The notes beneath the pieces were generated by a model. The model saw only the letters and a list, made by a program, of their open reading frames with translations, was not told where the DNA came from and searched no databases. Source: a virus. Taken from it: 64,000 nt of DNA. Below, piece after piece: positions 30,443 through 40,400 of the stretch (position 1 is its first letter; every line of letters begins with the position of its first letter). The DNA lies in the IMG/VR virus record IMGVR_UViG_3300024996_000004; one strand, given 5' to 3'. A program made the translations under genes and the position numbers.

Positions 30443-31834
30443 ATGAACACAAATAATTTAACAAATAATTTACTTTTAAACACTGACGTTTATAAAATCA
30501 CTCATTTTAAATTTATGCCAGAAAATACTACAAAAGTATTTTCATATATTGAAGCGCGTAAAGGTGGATTATATCCATTTACAAAATTTTTTAATCTTCA
30601 GGGATTTATTAAACAGAATTTCTTAACTCCAATCACAAAAGAAATGATTGATGAAGCTGAAGAAATTATGATAAAGTCAGTAGGAGTATTTAATCGTAAT
30701 GGATGGGAATATATTTTAAAAACTCATGGTGGGTATCTTCCATTAAAGATTAACGCTGTTAAGGAAGGAATGGAAATTCCCGAAGGAAATGTATTAGTAA
30801 CTATTGAAAATACTGACCCAAATTGTGCGTGGCTTACTAATTATTTTGAGACTGCAATCCTGCGTGCGTGTTGGTATGGATCGACCGTAGCAACTAAAGC
30901 CAAAATGTTTAAGAATATTGTTACAAAATATCATGAATTGACAGCAGAAGATGTAGGTCGTTCATCTTATGTATTCGTAGATTTTGGAGCGCGCGCAGCC
31001 GCTGGCTGTAAGGAAGCTGCTGCTATTGGCGGTGCTGCGAGTATTATGGCTGGTAATTATGGTAGCGATAATATTTTGGGTGCAATGTATCTTATGGATA
31101 ATTATCATGCTCCCAATGGAATTTTTGGTTCTATTCCCGCAACAGAGCATCAAATTTCAACACTATTTGGACCAGAACACGAAAAAGAATATATTTTCCA
31201 TGCCATTAATGTATACGGTGGAAAGGGAAAATTCATTTCATTGGTAGCTGACACTTATTCATTAGAAGATTTTCTCGATTTATTAGGTTCAACTGAAGTA
31301 AAAGATAAAATTATCGATAATGGTTGCACAATCGTAGTTCGACCAGATAGTGGAATTCCGCATGAAATTGTATTGAATACTTTAGAAATATTAGGAAAAT
31401 CATTTGGATATACTATCAATTCAAAAGGATATCGTAAATTAAATGATGCTGTTAGAGTGATTCAAGGTGATGGGATTGTTTTAAATAGTCTTGAACCAAT
31501 TCTTGAACATATGATGAATCATGGTTGGAGTGCAGAAAATGTTGTGTTTGGATCAGGTCATGGTCTCATTCAGGATAACAAAAGAGACGATGGTAGATGG
31601 TGCTTAAAAGCGTCATATGCTGAAGTTAACGGAGTGTCGAGGATGTTAAGTAAGAATCCTAAGACTGACCCTACAAAAAAATCAAAGAGTGGTAGATTGA
31701 CATTGGTAAATGATAATGGCAATATTAAAACTATTCTTGAATCAGATATTACTGATAATATGCAAATATTACTAGAATCGGTATTTGAAAATGGTAAATT
31801 GCTTAGAGATTTATCATTTAATGATATTAAATAG
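30443..31834 (+). CDS. nadV: Nicotinamide phosphoribosyltransferase
   Basis: TDVYK.TH, DFGAR, SIPATEH, DTY, VRPDSG, IQGDG, FGSG, KKSKSGR. Confidence 0.95.
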   Translation: MNTNNLTNNLLLNTDVYKITHFKFMPENTTKVFSYIEARKGGLYPFTKFFNLQGFIKQNFLTPITKEMIDEAEEIMIKSVGVFNRNGWEYILKTHGGYLPLKINAVKEGMEIPEGNVLVTIENTDPNCAWLTNYFETAILRACWYGSTVATKAKMFKNIVTKYHELTAEDVGRSSYVFVDFGARAAAGCKEAAAIGGAASIMAGNYGSDNILGAMYLMDNYHAPNGIFGSIPATEHQISTLFGPEHEKEYIFHAINVYGGKGKFISLVADTYSLEDFLDLLGSTEVKDKIIDNGCTIVVRPDSGIPHEIVLNTLEILGKSFGYTINSKGYRKLNDAVRVIQGDGIVLNSLEPILEHMMNHGWSAENVVFGSGHGLIQDNKRDDGRWCLKASYAEVNGVSRMLSKNPKTDPTKKSKSGRLTLVNDNGNIKTILESDITDNMQILLESVFENGKLLRDLSFNDIK

Positions 31835-31844
31835 AAAAAAGACG

Positions 31845-32208
31845 TCAATCGAGATCCTTTTCTTTATTACATTCTAAGCACCAATGTTTTCTTTTTTTGA
31901 GATGATCAGTTCTTATTTTCCACGTATGGTTATTTTCACATTTAAAATATAATATGCATCTCTGTTTAGTATATTCTACGTTTAATAAAATACTATTATT
32001 ATCATTTGCTAATTTGTAAATATGAACTAAAGGTTTTCGATGAATTATTCCCCCATTAATATGCGCACATCGTGGACACCATGTATCTTTGGTAATTAAT
32101 TGAGTTGGAGATACTTTCCATTGATGACCATATTCACATTCAACAAACAATTTATTTGAATAAGTTTTAATATCAGTTAATAATTTTCCATTATGTAATT
32201 GTATTCAT
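31845..32208 (-). pseudogene. Zinc-ribbon repeat remnant of a homing endonuclease-like gene
   Basis: Two C..GH.W...WC..C repeats, no nuclease domain; upstream ATG is out of frame. Confidence 0.5.
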
Positions 32209-32240
32209 ATAATTTTTGGGTTATTTACTATTTATTCCAA

Positions 32241-32269
32241 TTGACAGGAATTGTTATATAGTTTACTAT
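32241..32269 (+). promoter_or_regulatory. sigma70-type promoter
   Basis: TTGACA-N17-TACTAT. Confidence 0.65.
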
Positions 32270-32479
32270 TAACATATCTTAAATTCTTAGGAGAAATTTA
32301 TGACAAGTTCATGGGATGTGAGTTATGATGCTCAACAAAGACTGGTAAGATTGAAAAATCTAAATATGAAAAATCTAAAGATGACGAGCATGAATTCAAA
32401 ACTTACGGATCATGGTATTCTATTTGGAAAGAATATACTCACGGTAAAGTGACCACTTATTCAAAATAAAGAGAAATTT

Positions 32480-32866
32480 ATGGACAACAAAATTTTTAAT
32501 GTTAATGGCAGAAGTAAAGAATGTTTTAAGCTTGCGTTACAATTATTACTTTCTCAAGAAGAATTTAATAAACCTAAAATTCATGCATGGTCAATTAATC
32601 CTCATAAAGGATTAATACTGTACAATTATCACAGCGGAGATTCCATCGCATTTCCAATACCATTGTCATGTGATGCTGTTGTTGATATGGTGTGGGAATG
32701 GTTGCAAAATGATGAATCAAAGAAAATTGAATTGGATAATATTGACAAAAATTCCGTTGGATTTGATGGTTCAATTGCGAAGGGCTGGCGTGTTTATCTT
32801 GAACAAGATTCGCCGTCTAATGTTCTAGGAATTATTACGCCATCGCACTTATATTATGGCAAATAA
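32480..32866 (+). CDS. Hypothetical protein
   Basis: ORF with RBS; 'DG....GWRVY' phage-type motif. Confidence 0.55.
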   Translation: MDNKIFNVNGRSKECFKLALQLLLSQEEFNKPKIHAWSINPHKGLILYNYHSGDSIAFPIPLSCDAVVDMVWEWLQNDESKKIELDNIDKNSVGFDGSIAKGWRVYLEQDSPSNVLGIITPSHLYYGK

Positions 32867-33131
32867 TATGAAAGTAAATTACACAGAAACCATTGACAAA
32901 GTAGTTGATATCAAACCAGTAGAAATTATTGCATGTGCTGCCGATGCTTTTGAAAAACATAATGATCTTGAACTTAGATGGTTGGATGCCGAAAACATGA
33001 TATGTCAAAACGGTAAATATGGACTCGAATGCTTATTCAAAGCATCTCCGAGACAAATTGACGCATTTAAAATTATCAAATTAATTAAAGAATATAAATC
33101 AACTTATATTGTTGAAAAACATGATTACTGA
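32856..33131 (+). CDS. Hypothetical protein
   Basis: Overlapping operon ORF. Confidence 0.5.
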   Translation: MANNMKVNYTETIDKVVDIKPVEIIACAADAFEKHNDLELRWLDAENMICQNGKYGLECLFKASPRQIDAFKIIKLIKEYKSTYIVEKHDY

Positions 33132-33729
33132 AATCTTACTAAGAACATATTCATCAAAATATGAATTGATGGAAAAATTTAAAAACGCTATCTTAGATAA
33201 TACTAATTTATCTGTAAAATTGATAGACCACTCAAATCTTTCTATCGAAGATTTTGAACATACTGAACAAGAAACGTTGATCAGTGTAGATGAATTTATT
33301 TCTAAAAAATTAGATATTCCATATTATAGGATGTCTAGAGTGTTTAATAATCATGGTGATGTTATTGGTAAGTATGAACAAGGAATAATCACTGAAACGG
33401 GGAATAATGTTAGAGTTCTTGACTCTGACATGGTACGAGGCGACACTATACAACGTGCATGTACTACATTCAAAACTACTAAATTTTTTGTTCCTCTTGT
33501 CGTTAGATCATACCAAGATTTGATTGATGTTGAAGATATTGTAGAAAATAAATCAATTATATTAGTTGAAGATCAATTAAAATTAATAAATTTATACAAC
33601 ATAAATCTTGCACGTTTCGCTTATAGTTATTTGCATAATAAAGAGTTCTTTTGTAAAAGAACTTCATTACCCGAACATATGTATGATATTTTTCACGATA
33701 TAAAGAATGAACATGAAAATTATTATTAA
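33121..33729 (+). CDS. Divergent type I phosphoribosyltransferase-like protein
   Basis: VRVLDSDMVRGDTI resembles the PRPP-binding loop hhhhDDhh.(T/S)G.T. Confidence 0.45.
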   Translation: MITEILLRTYSSKYELMEKFKNAILDNTNLSVKLIDHSNLSIEDFEHTEQETLISVDEFISKKLDIPYYRMSRVFNNHGDVIGKYEQGIITETGNNVRVLDSDMVRGDTIQRACTTFKTTKFFVPLVVRSYQDLIDVEDIVENKSIILVEDQLKLINLYNINLARFAYSYLHNKEFFCKRTSLPEHMYDIFHDIKNEHENYY

Positions 33730-33738
33730 GGATTAATT

Positions 33739-34083
33739 ATGGATAAGTGGCTACCCATTAGTAAAGCTCCGAAAGATGGCACTATGATTTTGGTAACAGA
33801 AACTCCTAATGGAGAAGCTTGGAATGTCATTCCCGCGTGTTGGATGGCTTTAACAAGTCAAGAGCAATCGGATAAGGAATTTTTTGAGAACGGAGGATTA
33901 CCACCCAATAATAGTCATAAAGGCAGTTGGTGGGGAATTTGTGCTACACGATGGTCTAGAGAAGGACCATTATACACAAGATTTAAACCGTTAGCTTGTA
34001 CACCCGTTTGTTGGATGCATTTTCCTGAAATGGAATCTGAAACGAAATTGAATCGTAGAATGTCTCAATTGTATAGAAATTAA
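33739..34083 (+). CDS. DUF551-like hypothetical protein
   Basis: W.PI..APKDGT.IL ... P..WM..P. Confidence 0.6.
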   Translation: MDKWLPISKAPKDGTMILVTETPNGEAWNVIPACWMALTSQEQSDKEFFENGGLPPNNSHKGSWWGICATRWSREGPLYTRFKPLACTPVCWMHFPEMESETKLNRRMSQLYRN

Positions 34084-34085
34084 AA

Positions 34086-34955
34086 ATGAAAAATGAAAAC
34101 TTTAACTCATTGATTGAACAAATAAAACGATGGTTTCATGATAGAACCCTAAATCATGCAGTGATTGGATATTCTGGTGGAATTGATTCTGCTACTACTG
34201 CTGCATTATTGGATGCTGCGGAAATTCCTACAACAATTGTTTCTATAAACATCGAAAATCAAATAAAATCATCGAATTATGATGTTTTTGATTTTGCAAA
34301 ACAATATGATTTTTTAACAGCTATTGATATGAATTTGCCGATGCCAATATTTCGTTTTGATGCTGGTAGAGAAGCAGCATTACCTATTTTGCGAAATGCT
34401 TGTTTATATGGAGTCGTAGCTGAATATAAAATATATAAAGGATTTAATCCCGTTACAGTTGGAACTGCCAACTTTGACGAATCGAGTTATTTAGGATTTT
34501 GGGGTAAGGCATCCGATGCAGCACAAGATTTTTATCCTATCAGTCATTTACATAAGTCTGAAGTAGTACAGTTGGCAAAATATCTTAAGGTTCCAGTAGA
34601 AATTATTAATGCTGTTCCATCTGGTGATTTACAATGGTCTGGTGAATTGAATGATTTAAAAATGATTGGATGTGATTACAATACTGTTGAACAAATAGCA
34701 AATATGGCAAAATCTAATGTTAAACTAGATGAAATAGCTTCTGTTATTATTAAAATGCCTGATGCGAAAAAATTTATCAGTAACGTATTAAGAAATGAAT
34801 TTAAATATACTTTACCGTTTCCAAATTGGCATTTAAGTCCATTGTTAGAAGATTTTCGTCGCTATGCATATAAGAATGTGTTAGAAGCTTGCAAATTAAC
34901 TAGGATTGAATTATTTGAGAATAAAAATCCACAATTTTTTTCATCTCATCAATAG
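34086..34955 (+). CDS. nadE: NH3-dependent NAD+ synthetase-like (N-type ATP pyrophosphatase)
   Basis: GYSGGIDSA, R...LY, VGT.N.DE..LGF..K..D...D..PI..L.KSEV..LA..L.VP..II...PS.DL. Confidence 0.85.
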   Translation: MKNENFNSLIEQIKRWFHDRTLNHAVIGYSGGIDSATTAALLDAAEIPTTIVSINIENQIKSSNYDVFDFAKQYDFLTAIDMNLPMPIFRFDAGREAALPILRNACLYGVVAEYKIYKGFNPVTVGTANFDESSYLGFWGKASDAAQDFYPISHLHKSEVVQLAKYLKVPVEIINAVPSGDLQWSGELNDLKMIGCDYNTVEQIANMAKSNVKLDEIASVIIKMPDAKKFISNVLRNEFKYTLPFPNWHLSPLLEDFRRYAYKNVLEACKLTRIELFENKNPQFFSSHQ

Positions 34956-35247
34956 TTGCATTAGATTTCAATTTATTTGCACGATATGATATTACAATAA
35001 CATTATCCAATGAATATCCTTTAGAAGAATCTATTCTATCGAAACTTATGGAATTATCTTCTACTTTGTGTCTATTAAAATGCAATGGAATTCCAAGAAT
35101 AGGACATACGATAGGAATTCCTATTTCATCCATGTCTGATAACAATAATGTAAATGGTATGTCACGTTTTTTGGCGGATGATTTTAAATTACTCCATAAA
35201 AGCTTGAAATCCTTTTGAGTAATATGTAAACTATTAGTGTTCATCAA
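34900..35247 (-). CDS. Small HNH-type endonuclease
   Basis: CPILG.PL, S.DRIDSSKGY..DNV.VIS..AN.LK. Confidence 0.75.
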   Translation of the reverse strand: MMNTNSLHITQKDFKLLWSNLKSSAKKRDIPFTLLLSDMDEIGIPIVCPILGIPLHFNRHKVEDNSISFDRIDSSKGYSLDNVIVISYRANKLKSNATIDEMKKIVDFYSQIIQS

Positions 35248-35289
35248 GCTATTTATTAATCAAAATAATCGATATAATGAGGAAATATT

Positions 35290-35667
35290 ATGCTCAAACA
35301 GACTGATCGTATACGCGGACGACGTAAAGCCAAATTTTATATCTATCGCAACTTGAACCATGGAAAATTGTTTTCAATAAGATATAAAGGGAAAGTTATT
35401 GATCGTTTAGACGATTTTATAGCTTATGAATGTGATATGAAAGTCAACCCAAGTGGACGAGCTAGAACACTTGCATATAAGACTAAAAATGTTCATGCTT
35501 TCGTTGTTACCGATGCATATGAAACAATGAATGATCATGAATTAATAAATGATCATGAATTAAAATATAATCCATATAATTCTGAATATTTTCAATGTGA
35601 TGGGAAAACTATTCATTATGCAGATGCAATTTTGTTTAAAAATGGGAAAGCTTATGTTCTTACTTAA
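35290..35667 (+). CDS. Conserved phage hypothetical protein
   Basis: YRNL....FSI, KNVHAFV, YNPY. Confidence 0.6.
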   Translation: MLKQTDRIRGRRKAKFYIYRNLNHGKLFSIRYKGKVIDRLDDFIAYECDMKVNPSGRARTLAYKTKNVHAFVVTDAYETMNDHELINDHELKYNPYNSEYFQCDGKTIHYADAILFKNGKAYVLT

Positions 35668-35681
35668 AAAGAGTTTACAAC

Positions 35682-36473
35682 ATGCATGATATTAATCGTT
35701 ATTATGGAGATAATAAACCTTCATGGAATCCTGTGACATTGGAAGAAATTCCAACAGATATGCATGTTGAAAAAATTCAAGTAACTGTGGGAACGACTTC
35801 ATGGCCTGTTTATATCGCTAACAATGTATTTTCGGAACAATTCTGCAATGATCTGATCAAACAATTTGATCAACAAGAAGCTTATCCTGTAGGTATTGAT
35901 GGATATTGCAATGCGTCAGAGAATATAGGAAGTTATCGTGCTATGGCATGGACTTCAGAATTAGCGTATATTATTTCAGAAAAACTTAGAAATGCTATGT
36001 CAAATTCTTTAGTGGTATCAGGATTAAATTTACCGTATCCATGGCCCAATTCTATGCGTTTACCGTTTTGTCATCATGTAAATCAATATATCATGATAGG
36101 ATCAACACCATTTTTACGATTCATGAAATATAAATCTGGTGGAATGCATGTTCCGCATCATGATGCCCCATATGAAAATAAAAATGAAAAATATATAACT
36201 ATGTTTTCATATGTGTTATATTTGAATACTCCAAGAGGAAAAGGTGGAGAATTTCAATTTATTAATGACACAAGAAATATAAACAATCAACATTTTCCTG
36301 ATCAATGGGACATATCAGATTGGACAGAAATGTCTAATGATGTCATTATGAGCATCAATCCTGAACGTGGAAAATTATTAATTTTTCCTCATTGGTTATG
36401 TCATCAAGTTCAAAAATACGTTGGGGAAGGATATCGTTATATCATTAGGGGAGACGTGGCTTATGGTTATTGA
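35682..36473 (+). CDS. 2OG-Fe(II) dioxygenase (prolyl-hydroxylase-like)
   Basis: RFMKY..GG.H.PHHD, LYLN...GGE, P..GKLLIFPH...H.V.....RYIIR.D. Confidence 0.88.
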   Translation: MHDINRYYGDNKPSWNPVTLEEIPTDMHVEKIQVTVGTTSWPVYIANNVFSEQFCNDLIKQFDQQEAYPVGIDGYCNASENIGSYRAMAWTSELAYIISEKLRNAMSNSLVVSGLNLPYPWPNSMRLPFCHHVNQYIMIGSTPFLRFMKYKSGGMHVPHHDAPYENKNEKYITMFSYVLYLNTPRGKGGEFQFINDTRNINNQHFPDQWDISDWTEMSNDVIMSINPERGKLLIFPHWLCHQVQKYVGEGYRYIIRGDVAYGY

Positions 36474-37128
36474 AGAACCATGGTACAAAAAACTTGAAGA
36501 AAAGTATGGTTATGATTTCTGTAAATTAGCTGGATATTTTGAAGAAGATCGTACATGGACAGATGTTTACGGACATTCATATGCAGATACTTTTAAACTT
36601 CCTAATGACACTACGGTAATTCAATTTTCCGGTGCATTTTATCCTTTCCATGAAGGACATCTGTCTATTATCCTACGAGCTATAGACGAAATTTGTGATA
36701 AAACAGAGTTTTCGTCCAATGGAGTAGTTATTTTGCACGTTGATCACAAAAGATATCGAACATCAAAAGGAAAGTATAATGAAGAAAAATTTATAAAATC
36801 ATTTGATTTATTTACAAAATCATTTCCCTATAAGAATTTCACTGGACAAATAATTTTTGAAGATGATATGTTTTTAAGTTGTTCAAGAAACTTTACACGA
36901 CTATATGCTGAGTTAGTTAATAAACGGAATAAAGTCTATTTCTTGTCGGGTGGTGATCGTGCTAATTATGCTTTAACTTTTAAAGATGATGGTTATTGTA
37001 TTATATCTGGCAGAAATTCTGATGAGAAATTCAATGTATATAAAAACACTTTAAGTTCTGATAGAATATGGTTTCTTGATGGAGAACATCCTGCATCTTC
37101 CACGGAAATTAGAAAACAATCTCAATAG
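36463..37128 (+). CDS. HIGH-family nucleotidyltransferase (NadD/cytidylyltransferase-like)
   Basis: SGAFYPFHEGH, GGD, C-terminal SSTEIR. ATG 36463 overlaps the oxygenase stop. Confidence 0.8.
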   Translation: MVIEEPWYKKLEEKYGYDFCKLAGYFEEDRTWTDVYGHSYADTFKLPNDTTVIQFSGAFYPFHEGHLSIILRAIDEICDKTEFSSNGVVILHVDHKRYRTSKGKYNEEKFIKSFDLFTKSFPYKNFTGQIIFEDDMFLSCSRNFTRLYAELVNKRNKVYFLSGGDRANYALTFKDDGYCIISGRNSDEKFNVYKNTLSSDRIWFLDGEHPASSTEIRKQSQ

Positions 37129-37159
37129 GACAACAATATTAATTTTTAAAGTTCGTAAA

Positions 37160-37465
37160 CTATTGAGATTTTAAAATATAATCGAGAACATATCCAACAT
37201 TATTATTCAAATAATCCATTACAGTTCGATAATCTTCACTATCGCCGTCGAAATCATTGTCACCATCTCTACCAACTATGGATTCAATCTTATATTTTTT
37301 GGTATTTTTATCAATAGTTAAATCTATTAAATATTGAACATCTGTGCGTTCATCTAATAGAAGAAAGCTTCCATTAACAGTATCACCATTGTCTGAAAAT
37401 AATGTTGCGCTTATTACTTCAAAATCATCTTTGTATAATGACTCATAAAGAGTTTGTATTCTCAT
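37160..37465 (-). CDS. Putative internal head protein
   Basis: MRIQTLYE/S leader; coupled to the upstream virion gene. Confidence 0.5.
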   Translation of the reverse strand: MRIQTLYESLYKDDFEVISATLFSDNGDTVNGSFLLLDERTDVQYLIDLTIDKNTKKYKIESIVGRDGDNDFDGDSEDYRTVMDYLNNNVGYVLDYILKSQ

Positions 37466-40400
37466 ATCACATTACCTAAATTGTTTGTTGAAAATGTGAG
37501 AACACCGTTGGATGTTGAAGTATAGCCAACACCCGGAGTTACAACCACATTACCACTATTTATAGTCACATTATATGATGTAGAAGATGACAAACCTGTA
37601 ACAACATGCAAAGCTGCCACATTCGGATTCTGATAAGTAATATTTGTGGTATCCGCAAATGCAACAACTTGATCACCATCAGCACCAGCTAAATGAATAG
37701 CATAAGCAGATGAAGCTAATACTGTAATGTTTGATGATGTAGAAGCCATGTCAAATACAGTCAACCATTTTTGTTTTAATGAATTGGTTGGAGTACGTAA
37801 TTGAACATTCCAAACTTTGGGTTGAGAATCGGAAGGATAAACTTTTGTTACTGTAGCTGTTGTAGCTGGCAATACTGAAGTCATAGAACCGACATAAGAA
37901 CCTTTATAAGTAATACCAAATTGTGTTCCAGATATGAGAGTAGGATTAGCTGGAAAATTCCATGATGTGTATTGATCAAAATTAATATTTCCCGTTTCAG
38001 TTCTATCTAACACAATGAAACGATTTGGACGAAGATACACAATTTCTCTACTCCAACCTACAACGCCATCATTAGCAGAGAAAGTTTTATACATTTGTTC
38101 AATGTTATTTCCCTTAATCCATACATAATTTCCATTATCTTCAAGAGTAGTATCAGTGATGACTCCATCATATTCAGCACTAAAACTACTTTGACCAAAG
38201 CTTTGATTAATTTTGGTTCCAGTAACATCTCTCACGTAAAATAAATTATAACATTGAGCATTACCAACATATTGAGTACCGTTAAAGCTGCCCAATAAAT
38301 CATTGTATAATAATGTTTCATCGTTAGCACCATTTGGTTCATGAATAGCCCAGCCATAGGTGTTTACAAGTAAAGGAACATTTCCATTTACTAAAGCCAA
38401 ACTACCTTGATCATAACCTTCTTCAGCCTGTTCAGGGTTATCCGCATATGAACTAGCTCTAAAACTTAACCATTTGGCCGATGTTGTCCAATCTGATCTT
38501 GCAGCGACTGCACCCAACCCCATTGCTTTATAAGATAATGGCAAAGTATTTAAAGGTTTTACAGGTAATGAACTATTACCTTCAAGCATGGCAACCCACG
38601 ATTCAGCTGAGGCAAAATTATTCGTAGCAGCATTCACCGATTGTAGATATTGATTAAATACGTCAACATTAGGTCTATTCCAATAAACCAATTCACCGAG
38701 TATTTGTTTCACCATTCCAGTAGGAACTGTTCCAACAGGTGGTGTAGCTACTCCATTAGCATGATTCGTGTCTCTATCATCAAAATAATCTAATGAAGGC
38801 CATGTGAAATGCATTGCATAATCGGCCATATCTACAGGATAAGTATAAGGTATTGAAGTTGAATTTATTACATCAATACCAGTAGCAGTCTTTAGTTCTC
38901 TTGCAGGAAGACTCATATTCAAAACAGCTTGAGGTCCATAGTTACCAAAACCTTCAGGCCATCCACCACCTGTCATATGTTTTAGGAAATATGGTTGAAC
39001 TCTTGATAAAAATTGATTACCATACCAATCCTGCCACATTTTTGCTCCATTAGGATTATCTTCATAGGTAGCTAATGTTATAGCACATTTTGCATGAAAG
39101 TATCCTGCATAATAATTGCATAATGGATGACTATAAGCAAAATTTGATCTAGAATTAGGATTTTCCCAACTATCAACCCATATATTAGCAGTAGTTATTA
39201 CTTGTTGACGTTGTGTAGGAGTCAATAATTCATACAACCAATCATATCCTATTCCAAAACCAACACCATAGAATTTTATGACGAAGCCATCATCGGTTTG
39301 AGGATCACAACCTTTATTTCCACTTCCTGTAGTATATGGAGTAGCCATAGCCATTAAGATTTCAACAGCTTTAGCACCATATACTGCGGCTGATGCTGGA
39401 TCACTTATCTTTAATATTTGATATGCCAAGGCCACATTTAGCAATTCTGGCAAATAATTTTCACCTTGATAACCACTACCGATATTAGGGAGAGTAGGAT
39501 AAGCATCTTCAACAGGAAGGTTAACTTTTCCACCATTATAACTATCGCATATGGATTTCAAAGTAACCCATTCTGGATCATTATTAGTCATTTTTAAACG
39601 AAGATTATCCAAAGTAGTATTATCTAGGATCAATCTAGGATGGGCAGCAAGCACTGGTGCAGAAACGATACTACGCGAAGTCGTAGGTGTCGGTGTAGGA
39701 CTTACAGGAGTACTACCGCTCGCTACAGGTGTGCTACGTGGAGTGCCCGTAGGTGGAACTGGTGTAGGCGATGCAGGAGTACCCGGAGCTAAGGCAATAA
39801 GTCTGCTATAGAAACCTACTCCTGTTGCACTTGTGACAGCTACAGCTGTTACTGCACCCGTCGAACCAGCATTAGGTTGTAAAATAGAGCTACATATCAT
39901 GTTTTGAGACTTAACAACTCCCGGATTTGTTATTTGTTTGTATCCGGCTGGTGCAGTAAATATTGGATTAATGTTAGTATTATAACTACTAGTACCAGCA
40001 CTATTGATAATGACACAATTAGGAACAGTAGTAGTAATACCGGGATTAGTCATATTAATAGGAGAAGGAGTTGTTTTAGTGGTAGTTGCAACACTAGAAG
40101 CATTGATTCCAGAAACTCCCATCCAACGTTCACATACTACAACCCATCCGCTATCATTTGATCCATAAGTACTTGCAATAGTTGAAGGATCATTATCAGA
40201 TGCTATTTTCCAATATGCACTAGTAACACTTCCACCATCTCCGAATCGAGTTTCATCAATTAATGTAAATCCAGTAGGAGTATTGGCACCGCCCGGAGCG
40301 CTAACAGTTAATAACAATATTCCACCTTTTCCGCTTGGTAATGAAACGCTCCAATCCATTGCTGTACCATTAGATGTGGTAAACGAAGCTCGTGTGATTG

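Noticed and set aside
29271-31834. NARP1 (Adps + Namat) pathway
   Set aside because: The partner of the NAMPT-like gene is NMNAT-Nudix rather than a PRPP-synthetase homolog, which fits the NARP2 type.
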